A DNA stretch of 64,000 bases from Tubiluchus corallicola. Its lineage: Eukaryota; Animalia; Priapulida. Location of the stretch: positions 300,241-364,240 of the forward strand of contig JAQGDQ010000183.1 of assembly GCA_030141605.1 (NCBI GenBank). The letters run 5' to 3'. A program made the position numbers and the translations under genes. This document shows positions 24,301 through 33,586 of the stretch, in pieces. Within the stretch, counting starts at the first letter, position 1, and every line of letters starts with the position of its first letter. Under the pieces are notes generated by a model. The model ran no database searches and was not told where the DNA came from. It saw only the letters and a list, made by a program, of their open reading frames with translations.

Positions 24301-26660
24301 GACATGGGTCTAACTAGACATTTAGTAAACAAACTGAATGTAAACCAAACTAGAGTTCCAACAGTTGATAAACTTTCTCTCTTCTTTAATGGACATTTAG
24401 TGCCAGCACTCAGGAATTCCTGCCTTTAGTTCCTCTGCATCAAATTGCCCTGTGCGACCCTTGTACATTTTTTCTTTAAAGCACAAGAAACCTTTCACTG
24501 ACATAAAGCATAAAAAATCGTCTCGAAATTTGATACGACTTACATACTACCTTTTCGTATACAGGGCTTGCATCGGCCATAACGCTGTATAAAACGTGTA
24601 AATTTAAACTCCCGCGATGACCGTTAGGCGCAGCCATTTTAAAGGTAAGTTGTTTGAAACAAGTTTTGATAACATTAAGTAAAGTTTGAAAAAATAATCA
24701 GAGTATTCGTAGCATGCATGTTGCTAATTAAGTAAAATTTTAAATTACTGTATTTTATCAATAAGATTAAAAATACGTTTTTGGGTGAGTCAGCGACATT
24801 TTACCAATCGACACGAGCATTTTAAATTATTAGTCTAGTTATATAAGTGTTTCCAGCAGATAAGTGAAATGCTAAGTAATATAGATTTGCACGGAAAGTT
24901 TTTTGGGTCATAATTTAACATCGCCTTTTCTTCCATTGATTTACGTGGCGTAGTGACGTCTTGTACTGGCGCCGTCGCAACAGTATTGTGGGAGATTTAA
25001 AATGAAAACAAACAAAAATTCCTTTCAACGCGAGTATGATATGTGCATAAAATTGTTGTAAAGTACTATAATTCTTTACGGGAATTTTGCTGAAAACTAC
25101 TTCGGGTGCCCCTTTTCTTATTCTTTAAAGGAATGCCAGGCACAGTAATAGCATTGTTCTGGCATTTAAATTTTTGGTAAAAACATATTGGCCATGTCTT
25201 AAGGGCTAATAAATAAAACTATAAAGTTGCAACTTCCAAAATCAAAACTAATGTATTTTAATATAATGCCTTTAAATTTCAACTTTGTGAAGCGCTTGTT
25301 TCGAATATTAGTCTAAGCTTCAGCATATTCCCCAGCGCCACCCAATGTATTAGCAGTAAAAACTTGACATTAACAATCACCCAAATCTTAAATGCACATT
25401 TAAACTAAATTTAGACAGTTCAGACACATGTAAAAGTGTAAAACATCAAGTAAGTAAGTAAATAAGTAATTTATTTGTCTCTAAAAAAATAAATGTAAGA
25501 AAAAAAGTAAAATAAAACATAAAAGAGACAGAAGTTCCATTGAGAAGAAGTTAAATCTATAGACAAGAAAATTGCTGCAAATCTGTCTTTGATCAATGGA
25601 GTTAAAGGACAAGAAAAGGGGCACCTGAAGTAGATTTCAGAAAAATCGCCTTAAAAAATTATACTACTTTACAGCAATTTTATGCACATATCGTATTTGT
25701 GTTGAAAGGAATTTTCATTTGTTTTCATTTTAAATCTCGCGCAATATTGTGCCGACGGCGCCATTACATGACATCACTAAAATACGTAAATCAGGGGAAG
25801 AAAAGGCAATGTTAAATTATGACCCAAAAAAACTTTCCATGCAAATCTATATTACTTACCATTTCACTTACCTGCTGGAAACACTTATGTAACTAGAGTA
25901 ATCATTTAAAATGTTTGTGCCAGTTGGTAAAATGTCGCTGACTCACCCTCCAGGGTGCGTCACTCACTAGCCAAAAACGTATTTTTAATCTTATTGACAA
26001 GATACAGTAATTCAAAATTTTACTTAATTAGCAACATGTATGCTACGAATGTTCTGATTATTTTTTCAAACTTTACTCAATGTTATCAAAAACTTGTTTC
26101 AAACGACCTACTATTAAAACGGTTGCGCCTGACGGTCATCGCAGGAGTTTAAATTTACACGTTTTATACAGCATTACGGCCGATGCAAGTCATGCATGCA
26201 AAAAGGTAGTATGTAAGTGGTATAAAATTTCGAGACGAATTTTTTAAGCTTGATGTAAGTGGAGGGTTTTCTTGTGCTTTAAATATACTTGAGACTGATA
26301 ATTAAAGTTCATTCAAAACTATAATTACATGTGTAATATGCTTATATGTTGAGCATCAGATTTAATGTTCTATTTAAATCTATAAATTCAACTTACATCC
26401 AGTGTCATACACAGCATTAGCTTCACTACTTCCGCAGAAAAACTCGTTATAACAATCTCTGCAGTCTGTGGAACGTCCCAATCTGCCGTAACTGTTACCA
26501 CAACTACAACTGTCCTGCCCTATACCAGCAAATGGAAACCCGTCATTCAGACAAGCTTCTACACAATTATTCGGATGATTTCCCTGAAGGGATCTTGGAA
26601 CTGCAGGAAGATCTGATTCAGTATCACGCAGGGCAGTGAAACAACCTTGGTATTCATATT
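185..26660 (-). CDS. Multi-exon single-pass receptor: WSC x5 - FN3 x4 - TM - juxtamembrane region resembling receptor-type protein tyrosine phosphatases (partial at both ends)
   Basis: Hand-assembled GT-AG exons with mutually consistent phases, in transcript order: 26660-26397, 24088-23750, 20980-20693, 19568-19236, 17579-17457, 17311-17120, 16150-16062, 15061-14827, 14498-14413, 13724-13493, 8931-8617, 7183-6884, 5031-4944, 3920-3874, 2589-2427, 380-185. Total 3290 nt (~1096 aa) with no stop. The signal-peptide exon was not resolved and no catalytic domain lies in the window. Confidence 0.85.
528..1035. mobile_element. hAT-like MITE family A, copy 1
   Basis: Terminal inverted repeats CAGG(A/G)ATGAGAAT...ATTCTCATCCCTG. 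Near-identical to four other copies. Confidence 0.85.
1979..2412. mobile_element. hAT-like MITE family B
   Basis: TIR CAGGGGTGTGCAAA with 8-bp TSD cactacat. A second copy lies at 53272-53753. Confidence 0.9.
4261..4591. mobile_element. Tc1/mariner-Tigger-like MITE, nested in an older element (~4116-4752)
   Basis: TA|CAGTCGACCCTCGTTAAACCGGAC...GTCCGGTTTAATGAGGGTTGACTG|TA. The host sequence resembles 43939-44311. Confidence 0.85.
4944..5031 (-). CDS. Receptor exon: transmembrane helix
   Basis: TALIIGAIVGVIVALLIIIAVVLVFLCKR is a hydrophobic span followed by basic stop-transfer residues. Bounded by tttcag and GTGA. Confidence 0.9.
5132..5642. mobile_element. hAT-like MITE family A, copy 2
   Basis: TIR CAGGGATGAGAAT with 8-bp TSD ttttttac on both sides. 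Confidence 0.9.
5746..6151. mobile_element. hAT-like MITE family D (TTCGAA-rich), nested in a Tigger-like MITE (~5721-6799)
   Basis: TIR TAGGG(A/G)TGAGCAT with 8-bp TSD acgaccgt. Confidence 0.88.
6884..7183 (-). CDS. Receptor exon: FN3 domain 4
   Basis: PTGPPSGLNSEATESSITISWLAPECCKRNGRITAYKYEL...YRFQVWAVNEKGEGPKS. Phase 1-1. Confidence 0.92.
7503..8026. mobile_element. hAT-like MITE family A, copy 3
   Basis: TIRs plus 8-bp TSD gtttgcac. Confidence 0.9.
8617..8931 (-). CDS. Receptor exon: FN3 domain 3
   Basis: KPVRNLDVT...LTWNHP...VTGYRVSL...LRELCGASQYRAEVWG. Phase 1-1. Confidence 0.9.
8985..11062. repeat. 62-bp minisatellite, ~33 copies
   Basis: Unit ggtcagaatctgaccaagatacaatgtccacactccatacatgacacaagctgtttgacaat. 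It explains the many 60-aa ORFs in the track. Confidence 0.97.
11305..13485. repeat. 42-bp minisatellite, ~52 copies
   Basis: Unit cacttagaactctcctatctgaaaggtaagaaaagttgtgca. Confidence 0.97.
13493..14498 (-). CDS. Receptor exons: FN3 domain 2 (14498-14413 and 13724-13493)
   Basis: PLHSVSPPQL...VNVKFE|KPSEEDANCDKEIIYRIEYR...VKKLEFFTNYTFTVRYNNKVGWS. Confidence 0.85.
14827..16150 (-). CDS. Receptor exons: FN3 domain 1 (16150-16062 and 15061-14827)
   Basis: YPYLKEKP...AKMTWKNE...|LPNPAGFRVYISE...LRNLKLGVSYTTAVAVKTGGREGRKS shows the FN3 W, Y, L and Y hallmarks. Confidence 0.85.
15201..15880. mobile_element. Non-autonomous DNA transposon family H, with subterminal ~20-bp repeats
   Basis: TIR TATA(A/G)GTTTTACA(T/C)GTCAAATGTAGAC. 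A second copy lies at 58838-59463. Confidence 0.8.
16312..16750. mobile_element. Tigger/pogo-like MITE family E
   Basis: TA|CAGTGGAACCTC...GAGGTATCACTG|TA. A second copy lies at 45353-45842. Confidence 0.85.
16770..16978 (-). repeat. Dispersed repeat, probably a retroposon 3' end; inverted copy at ~50660-50875
   Basis: ~210-bp shared sequence ending AATAAATGACTTATGACTTA. Confidence 0.65.
17120..17579 (-). CDS. Receptor exons: WSC domain 5, split into 17579-17457 and 17311-17120
   Basis: GSGCYPAG...MSSRMCVSYCNSE|GFLFAVLTRYNECKCG...CGGREHYSVYQT, joined across a 145-nt GT-AG intron. Confidence 0.85.
17689..18179. mobile_element. hAT-like MITE family A, copy 4
   Basis: TIRs and internal identity to the family. 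TSD degenerate. Confidence 0.85.
19236..19568 (-). CDS. Receptor exon: WSC domain 4
   Basis: LGCWEDK...PETCKDYCARQSFPFAGLEHGGGCYCG...CGGGWALEVY is a canonical WSC domain. Phase 1-1. Confidence 0.92.
20100..20625 (-). mobile_element. 3' fragment of a CR1/L2-group LINE
   Basis: HYFTRF...PYCRTNSARHFIKFTAPNNWNKI...FSFKKYVK resembles an ORF2 C-terminus, followed by a pyrimidine-rich 3'UTR. Boundaries approximate. Confidence 0.7.
20693..20980 (-). CDS. Receptor exon: WSC domain 3
   Basis: YHKGCFQY...CRTLCRDAGYYFGSI...CRCGN...CPGENAVSVYYTE. Phase 1-1. Confidence 0.88.
21036..21345 (+). mobile_element. tRNA-derived SINE
   Basis: A-box-like TGGTTTAGTCTAGTGG, B-box GAGTTCGAACC, central ACCAAAGACTTTAAAAATGGTACCTGCTG and an (ATT)n tail. 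Confidence 0.75.
21735..22199. mobile_element. hAT-like MITE family A, copy 5
   Basis: TIRs present. Flanked by a ~115-bp direct duplication instead of an 8-bp TSD. Confidence 0.85.
22728..23180. mobile_element. hAT-like MITE related to 42838-43642
   Basis: Shared termini GGTTACCATATTGTCTGAG...ATGGTAACCCT and shared internal blocks. Confidence 0.78.
23750..24088 (-). CDS. Receptor exon: WSC domain 2
   Basis: FRGCWHF...CIEKCREY...YAFLG...CYCG...AVAVYDIG. Phase 1-1 GT-AG exon. Confidence 0.85.
24480..26278. mobile_element. Foldback element with ~600-bp inverted arms, TTAA-flanked (Kolobok-like)
   Basis: TTAA|AGCACAAGAAA...TTTCTTGTGCT|TTAA. The segment ~24480-25070 is the imperfect reverse complement of ~25660-26278. 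Confidence 0.8.
26397..26660 (-). CDS. Receptor exon: WSC domain 1
   Basis: YEYQGCF...CVEACLNDGFPFAGIGQDSCSCGN...CGSSEANAVYDTG matches the WSC cysteine pattern. Flanked by ttttcag and GTAAGT, phase 1-1. Confidence 0.9.
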
Positions 26661-28974
26661 CTGAAAAACAATACAACTACTGATTTACGATTCTTATGTG
26701 CTCACACACTCCGTTCAACTTCGGGTCTAAGTAAAAGCTGATGAGTGGTAAATAATGAAAAATAAACATTAGCTAGAAAAAGGTTTCCAAAGAAACCAAA
26801 TATTAAGCCACTTGAATACAAAAATAAATAGCATCACGAAATAAAAAAGTAAATTAACTTTATAAAACTGAGGATTCCAAACATAGTTTTAAAGTGTGGC
26901 CTCTGACCCTTTTTACTTCAGGTAGTGGATTCTCTGTTGTAGCAAAATGCAATAAAACAGTCAACATTAATTATTATTATCATTTATTTATTATTATTAT
27001 TATTATTACTATTATTATTAAAAGTCAAATTCAGGACAATTCGTCAAGCAAAAAAGTTGTACCCAGGGTTTGCTCTGCACACTAATCACAACAGAATAGC
27101 AGGAAATGATCCGTGACTTCCACATTTAAGTTGACACAAATGTTTAGCCCTACCAGATGCGTGTCACCTGGTCAACAGTTTAATTTATTTAAATTTTAAG
27201 ATGTTTATTACGAAATTTGAAAATCAACTAAATATGGGATATATTTTGGGTATCTTTGAAAGGTCAGTAAGGGACAGGGGGCAAAATTATCAAATATGGG
27301 ACATGTCCCATATATATAAGGGACGTTTGGCAAAGACATCGAGAGAGAACAAGGGCAAGATAGAAACAGATATTATTGTGACACCTTACGACATAAGAAC
27401 ATTTATTTTCTCCAATTAGTTTGACATAAAATTTTTTTAAATATTACGTAATTATTATCGTGGGGCAGGGCAGGTAAGGACCATAGGGTCATCTAGTCTC
27501 CTGCCCTTTCTTGTAAATAGATTAGTATATTAAAATTAAATGGTGATGCTGCAGCTAACAAAAACAAAAAACATATAAGAAAATAATATTATTAATAATA
27601 AAAACAGTATAAATGATACAGAATGTCTTATCTTGTTCTACTACAGGCCAGGTTTAGCTTGCATACTCTGACCTTGTGTGAAAGCATAATTCTAAAAATA
27701 ATCGGTACAAGGAGAATAGTTAGGACGGTTAAATGAATATGAAAACTTGGGATCTGAGACGATTACCTGCAAATGGCAAAAACTCGTTGACAAAAATAAT
27801 TTATTCAGTGGTAATACGAAACGTTTCATGTTTCAGACTACTGAAACTTAGTAATGGATGGGCTTGAACAAGCAAGTTGCTAACGGATTACGACGCTATC
27901 AAATTCACCAAGAAAACGCGAATTTTGATCTTACAAAATTTACGGCGAAATCAAACACGTGACTAATCTTCATAGGATGTGGTGCCATCTACAATGAAGA
28001 ATGGGAAATGAGAGAGAGCGAGCGAGAGAGAGAAATTCAGAGGTAGAGATGAGTGAAAGTTACAGATAGTTAGTGTTGCCCGAATACAAAATTAAAAATA
28101 CAGGACTCGTAAAATTTCTCTCTATGTTACTATATATATATACAAATTTATTAGACCAATATGTTATATAAAAGTAAAGAAATAAGTTAAAAACATTAGG
28201 CAAGGACTTTAATGGCTTATGACGAAAACAGAAATAAAATCATTTGAAAATTACTCAATATAAGCAACATAGACAACCAAGTTAAATTCCGAGAAAGTGA
28301 AATCATTGCAAAATTCTTATTCCATAGAGACAATATAAAAATGTAAAGAAAGATCATTTTGAAAATTATTATTTAATACAAAAAATAAACTAAAATCTTG
28401 TTTCATATGGAAAATGTGAAAAGAAACAAAACTGAGAAACTGATATGCAAAATTTTCCTGGTTAGATTTGGTTCTTTTCATCGAGTGAATCTGAGAAAGG
28501 AAAATATAATTACTTATAGAGTTACAACTAAGAACCGTAAAAAGGTAGCAAACATAATTATATTTTTATTACGAAATGTGTAAATGAACTAAATATGGGA
28601 CATTTGGATGTGCTTGAAACGTCAGTAAGGGACGGGTTACAAAATTATCAAATATGGTACAAGTCCCATATATAAGGGACGTCTGGCAAAGAGATAAACA
28701 GAGAGCAAGACAGAAGCAGATATTACTGTGAAAACTTAACACTTTGAATGATAATACTGACTACTTGCTTGTTCTAAATTATGTGAAAAGTTTCCTGTGG
28801 GCTCAACCTGTACGCAGTATTATTAGCTATAAGGAAGTCACCTAGTTACCATTCTGATCATAATTTTTGATGGATTAGTTCCTCAAAATAAATAAAAATT
28901 TACATACCAGGAACAGCATGGGAATTTTCGATCAGAACACGGACCATGAACAAGTAAACACCGAGCGTCCACAT

Positions 28975-29725
28975 ATTTATTAAGTTTCAGTCTGCACACT
29001 TCTACGGAATTGATCAAACCAGCACCGTCCTACCCAATTTCCTGGGTGATGTGTGCAATTCATGTCCTGTTCGAGGGCAGAAATGAGTGAAGTTTTGCAG
29101 TAAGAGAAACTCAGTAAAAAAACGTTAAAAGGACATAATTATGACTGAACTGAGATTCACTCATACATGTAGTTATTAATTTTCACTCTGAATATTCTGC
29201 AAAATTGATCAAACCAGCACACTCCCCACCTACACAACTTCCTGGGTGGATGTGACGCAATACATATCCTGTCGTTTGGGACAAAAATGAGTGAAGCTTT
29301 GCAGTAAGAGAAACTCAGTATCAAACGTTAAAATCAGATAATTATGACCGAACTGAGATTCACTCATACATGTAATTATTAAACTTTCACTCAGAACACT
29401 TCTACAAATTGATCAATCCAACGCACTCCTACCCAACTTCCTGGGGCTATGACAAAATACTGTACCTGCCCAGTTCTTGTACAGAAACGAGCTAAGGGGA
29501 GTCAGTAAAAACGTCAAAAGCAGATATGAATGAATTTTGGGTTCACATAATTATTAATTTTCACTCAAAATACCTAAAAATTGTCACACCCTAACCAATT
29601 TTCTGTGTATGTGACGCAATACTATACATGACCTGTTCCTGGACAGTACCAAAGTTTTGTCGTATTTGGAATTGAAAGTCGGTAAAAAACACAAAAGCAG
29701 ATATGAGTAAACTGAGGTTTATTCT
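28975..29725. repeat. Degenerate tandem repeat, ~4 units of ~190-210 bp
   Basis: Recurrent attgatcaaaccagcac, cagtaagagaaactcagta and gaactgagattcactcataca blocks. Confidence 0.75.
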
Positions 29726-29972
29726 AATCTAACATCAAATGTGAAAGAAAACTGATCTTTGGACAATAAGACGTACACTGCGCGAGTCTGACACACATAC
29801 TATGATGGTCAGTTCCAGTGAACAAAAAACTGCAAACTTTTTAAGCATTAACTGCTGGAAACTTGACAAACCTGACGAGCACAGAAAATTGATAGCAGAA
29901 TTACATGAAATTTTGGGAAACAGTGATAGGTGCAAAACAACTGAAACAAGTTTGAGAAGCTGAAAAAGGAAC

Positions 29973-29978
29973 GAGAGA

Positions 29979-30046
<68 letters not shown>

Positions 30047-30125
30047 GGAGAGTGAGTGAGACAGAGGGAGAGAGTGAGTGAGAGAGAGAAGAGAGAGCGG
30101 GGAGAGCGGAGAAAGGGAGAGAGAA

Positions 30126-30167
<42 letters not shown>

Positions 30168-30262
30168 AGGACGGAGGGAGAGTGAGTGAGAGAGAGGGAG
30201 AGAGAGAGAGAGAGAAGACAGAGAGAGGGGGGAGACAGAAATGAGAGAGAGGGGGGAGAAAG
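29973..30262. repeat. (GA)n polypurine microsatellite tract
   Basis: Directly visible. Confidence 0.97.
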
Positions 30263-31680
30263 AAAGGATTTAGAAACAGGAATTGAAAACGGCTATATTT
30301 GGAACTCGGTAAAACGTAAAAACATAGATGATTGTGTAATCTAACTTTTTTCTTACTGACAAAATCATCCCTAATGGTGGTACAAACCCGCAAATAATTA
30401 ACTTTGATACCAAAAATGAAAGATAGGAAATGTGAAAAAGATGGTATACAGGTTACATCTGAACTAAGGCCGTCTGCTTCTTGCAGTCGTTTTGTACCAC
30501 TGAACCACTGAAACTCTCAATGGTCAAGATAGTCTGCAAGGTATTTGTTTATTTCTGGCTTAATTTTAACGGAGACTCCACCTGTTGGGAGAACCACTAC
30601 TTAGACCGGCCTTTTGTAACTGTCAGAAAAGTTTGAATCAACGACATTTAAAACTAACAAGTCGTAACTTGTACCTTGGGGAGGCCGGCCATTTTGGTTG
30701 GATCCCGGATCCAGTTAGTAGAGCTGATTTTCCAAGGCAACAAAGTAATGGAAGTGCCGTTTCTTTCCCCACTGATTCCACCTTCCTGCAGTAAATCAGA
30801 AGAAACACCAAAAACAAAATGGTTCTCCATATTACTTAATCTTTACTTACTATTTAATGTGAACGCACTCCAAGATTAACCACAGCCTTCACAGTAAGCC
30901 ATGTGACAATGGTAAAATGTCTTTAGGGGGGTGGGATAACGGGCACCCCTCTGAAAATTTTTAAAACTGCGCTCGGAATGCATTTTACGTAGTTTTCTTC
31001 TTGAAGAGACTGCCTCCGGCAGGCAACACTGTGTCATGGGGTACATCATTCGCACGTTCCCACGATCTCTGGTGCGATCCTGGGGAGCAGTCAAAGTTGA
31101 CAATTGTTTCTTTGGTTTCTTGGTAATAATTACTCGAACGAACCTGCTCACTCAGTAATGAGCAGGTTCAGTAATTGTAATTCTTGTTTTGGCAACAATA
31201 CAACAACAACAACTGGAAATTTATTTATGTCACGAGCAAACATAAATAATTCTGCTTGCTTGTGGCATATACGTGTGTTTACTTTTTGAGTTGGAAAAGT
31301 AGTACTAGGTGGGGGGTAATGGACACGACCGGGTTTTCCGATTTGGGTAACGGTCCGAGAAAGTTTGGGAACCACTGATCTAATGGCTAGTTTCTTTCTA
31401 GCCATAAATAAATGACTTTAAATAATGAAATAAATAATCGAATAAAATATGAATAAATTTTCGAATAAGATCTACAGCCTCAATCTGGAGGGGCACCAGA
31501 GCCATGGGGGCAGTGGTCCCAATGCCCTTTCTTGAGTGAGGTAGTGCGGGAGCAGAACTTTTGATAGGAAAATGTGTGGTTATTCATCATTGTCCCAAAA
31601 AGTTTGCAGGAACATGGACACAGCCCAGTAATGATAAAGCCACGTCCTGTACACATGCGAGTTCTCAGTATATTGACCAG

Positions 31681-32073
31681 TAGGGGTGAGCATCGAACGT
31701 TCGAATTCGATTCGAACGAGTTTTTTCAGTTCAAACTCGATTCGAATCCAAAACTATAGATTCGAATAATTCAGCACTTCAATCACACATGTTCTTTATC
31801 ACTAAAACGATTGAAACATCATGCAATTAGCATAATTTAGCTGTGATTTCTGCGCCCAATTTTAAAGAAATTACTAGTCGTTTTATTGCAGAACAAAATC
31901 TAGTGACCTTTGTAAGACTAATTTTTACAGGTGGTTCGAAAACGTGTTCGAAAATCTTTTAATCTCAATTCGAACTCGGTTCGAATTTGAAACACTGAAG
32001 TTCGGTTCGAATTCGAAAGTCACAAATTCGGTTCGATTCGAATTCGCTTTCTAGTAGAGAATGCTCACCTGTG
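31681..32073. mobile_element. hAT-like MITE family D, second copy
   Basis: Near-identical to 5746-6151, with 8-bp TSD ttgaccag. Confidence 0.88.
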
Positions 32074-32607
32074 TTGACCAGTGAATAAAAGGGGACGGGT
32101 CAGCTTTTCTGAAACTCGGGTCTGCGTTGGCCAGAAAATGTTATTGCATATCGCGATAACACTGTGTATCAGGCATTTGGGGCGCCTTAGATATACCTTA
32201 ATATATAAGTCTTATCGTTATCAGCATGGCCACAGAAATACAGGTAAACAAAATATGCCCTTTTCGTAAATGCTGACCCCACCCCTGTAATTTGCTGACG
32301 GCATTCCTATCAATATGGTTGTGCACTAAACTGAATAAAAAGAATACTACACAATATCAAAGAAGAAGAAAATCGTAATTATTATTTAATGTTATAATAA
32401 TTTTCGATCACAAGGTCAAAGGACACAACACTCTTAAACATATAGAACATGTAATGATTATTGAGTATTAACAAAACTTTGAAAATATTCACAACACGCA
32501 ATAATAACTGAATGGTGGTCAGCTGAATGGTGGTCAACAAGGTGAACCTTTCCGGCTTTTTTGACCAAACGTACTACAAAAATAATTGCAACTAGCTTTA
32601 ATACAAC

Positions 32608-33322
32608 GTAGTCAAAATGAGGGAGTGAATGTTTCTTAAGCTTATGTAGCCAAAATGAGGGTGTGGATGTTTCTTAAGCTTATGTAGTCAAAATGAGGGT
32701 GTGGATGTTTCTTAAGCTTATGTAGTCAAAATGAGGGTGTGGATGTTTCTTAAGCTTATGTAGTCAAAATGAGGGTGTGGATGTTTCTTAAGCTTATGTA
32801 GTCAAAACGAGGGTGTGGATGTTTCTTAAGCTTATGTAGTCAGAATGAGGGTGTGAATGTTTCTTAAGCTTATGTAGTCAAAACGAGGGTGTGGATGTTT
32901 CTTAAGCTTATGTAGTCAGAATGAGGGTGTGAATGTTTCTTAAGCTTATGTAGTCAAAACGAGGGTGTGGATGTTTCCTAAACTAATGTAATCAGAATGA
33001 GGGTGTGAATGTTTCTTAAGCTTATGTAGTCAAAATGAGGTGTGAATGTTTCTTAAACTTATGTAGTCAGAATGAGGGTGTGAATGTTTCTTAAATTTAC
33101 ATAGTCAAAATGAGGGAGTGAATGTTTCTTAAATTTACGTAGTCAAAATGAGGGTGTGGATGTTTCTTAAATTTACTTAGTCAAAATGAGGGTGTGGATG
33201 TTTCGCAAGCTTATATAGTCAAAATGAGGTGTGAATGTTTCTTAAACTTACGTGGTCAGAATGAGGGTGTGAATGTTTCTTAAACTTATGCAGTCAGAAT
33301 AAATGGAGTGAACGTTTCTTAA
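32608..33322. repeat. 38-bp minisatellite, ~19 copies, downstream of COP1
   Basis: Unit agcttatgtagtcaaaatgagggtgtggatgtttctta. Confidence 0.95.
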
Positions 33323-33586
33323 ACTAACTTCTTGCACAAAACAGGGGCATCAACATCCAGATAAGCATCATAAATCCGGTCTAAAAAATAAACTTGGAAC
33401 AGTTTACATTTCAAGATAAAGCGGAGTTTACAATCAAGTAACATACTAGTAACAATATTGGTGTTCTTTTGCACCAGAAAGTTCTCTGGAATGTGTGAGA
33501 ACAAAACAAATACCAAAATTAGTTGCCAGTATATCTGCCACCTGAAGTGCAAAGATTGAAAAATGACATTGAACAAGCCTTCAGCA

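Noticed and set aside
26738-26762. CTGATGA...GAAA hammerhead-like core
   Set aside because: Stem II does not pair and there is no stem III or cleavage triplet.
27767-27829. Candidate first (signal-peptide) exon MKRFVLPLNKLFLSTSFCHLQ with a CAG|GTAAT donor
   Set aside because: It ends in phase 0 whereas the WSC1 exon needs phase 1, and the hydrophobic core is weak. No bridging exon was found, so it is left unannotated.
29848-30393. 181-aa Leu/Ser ORF and opposite-strand Arg/Glu ORF
   Set aside because: Products of the (GA)n microsatellite.
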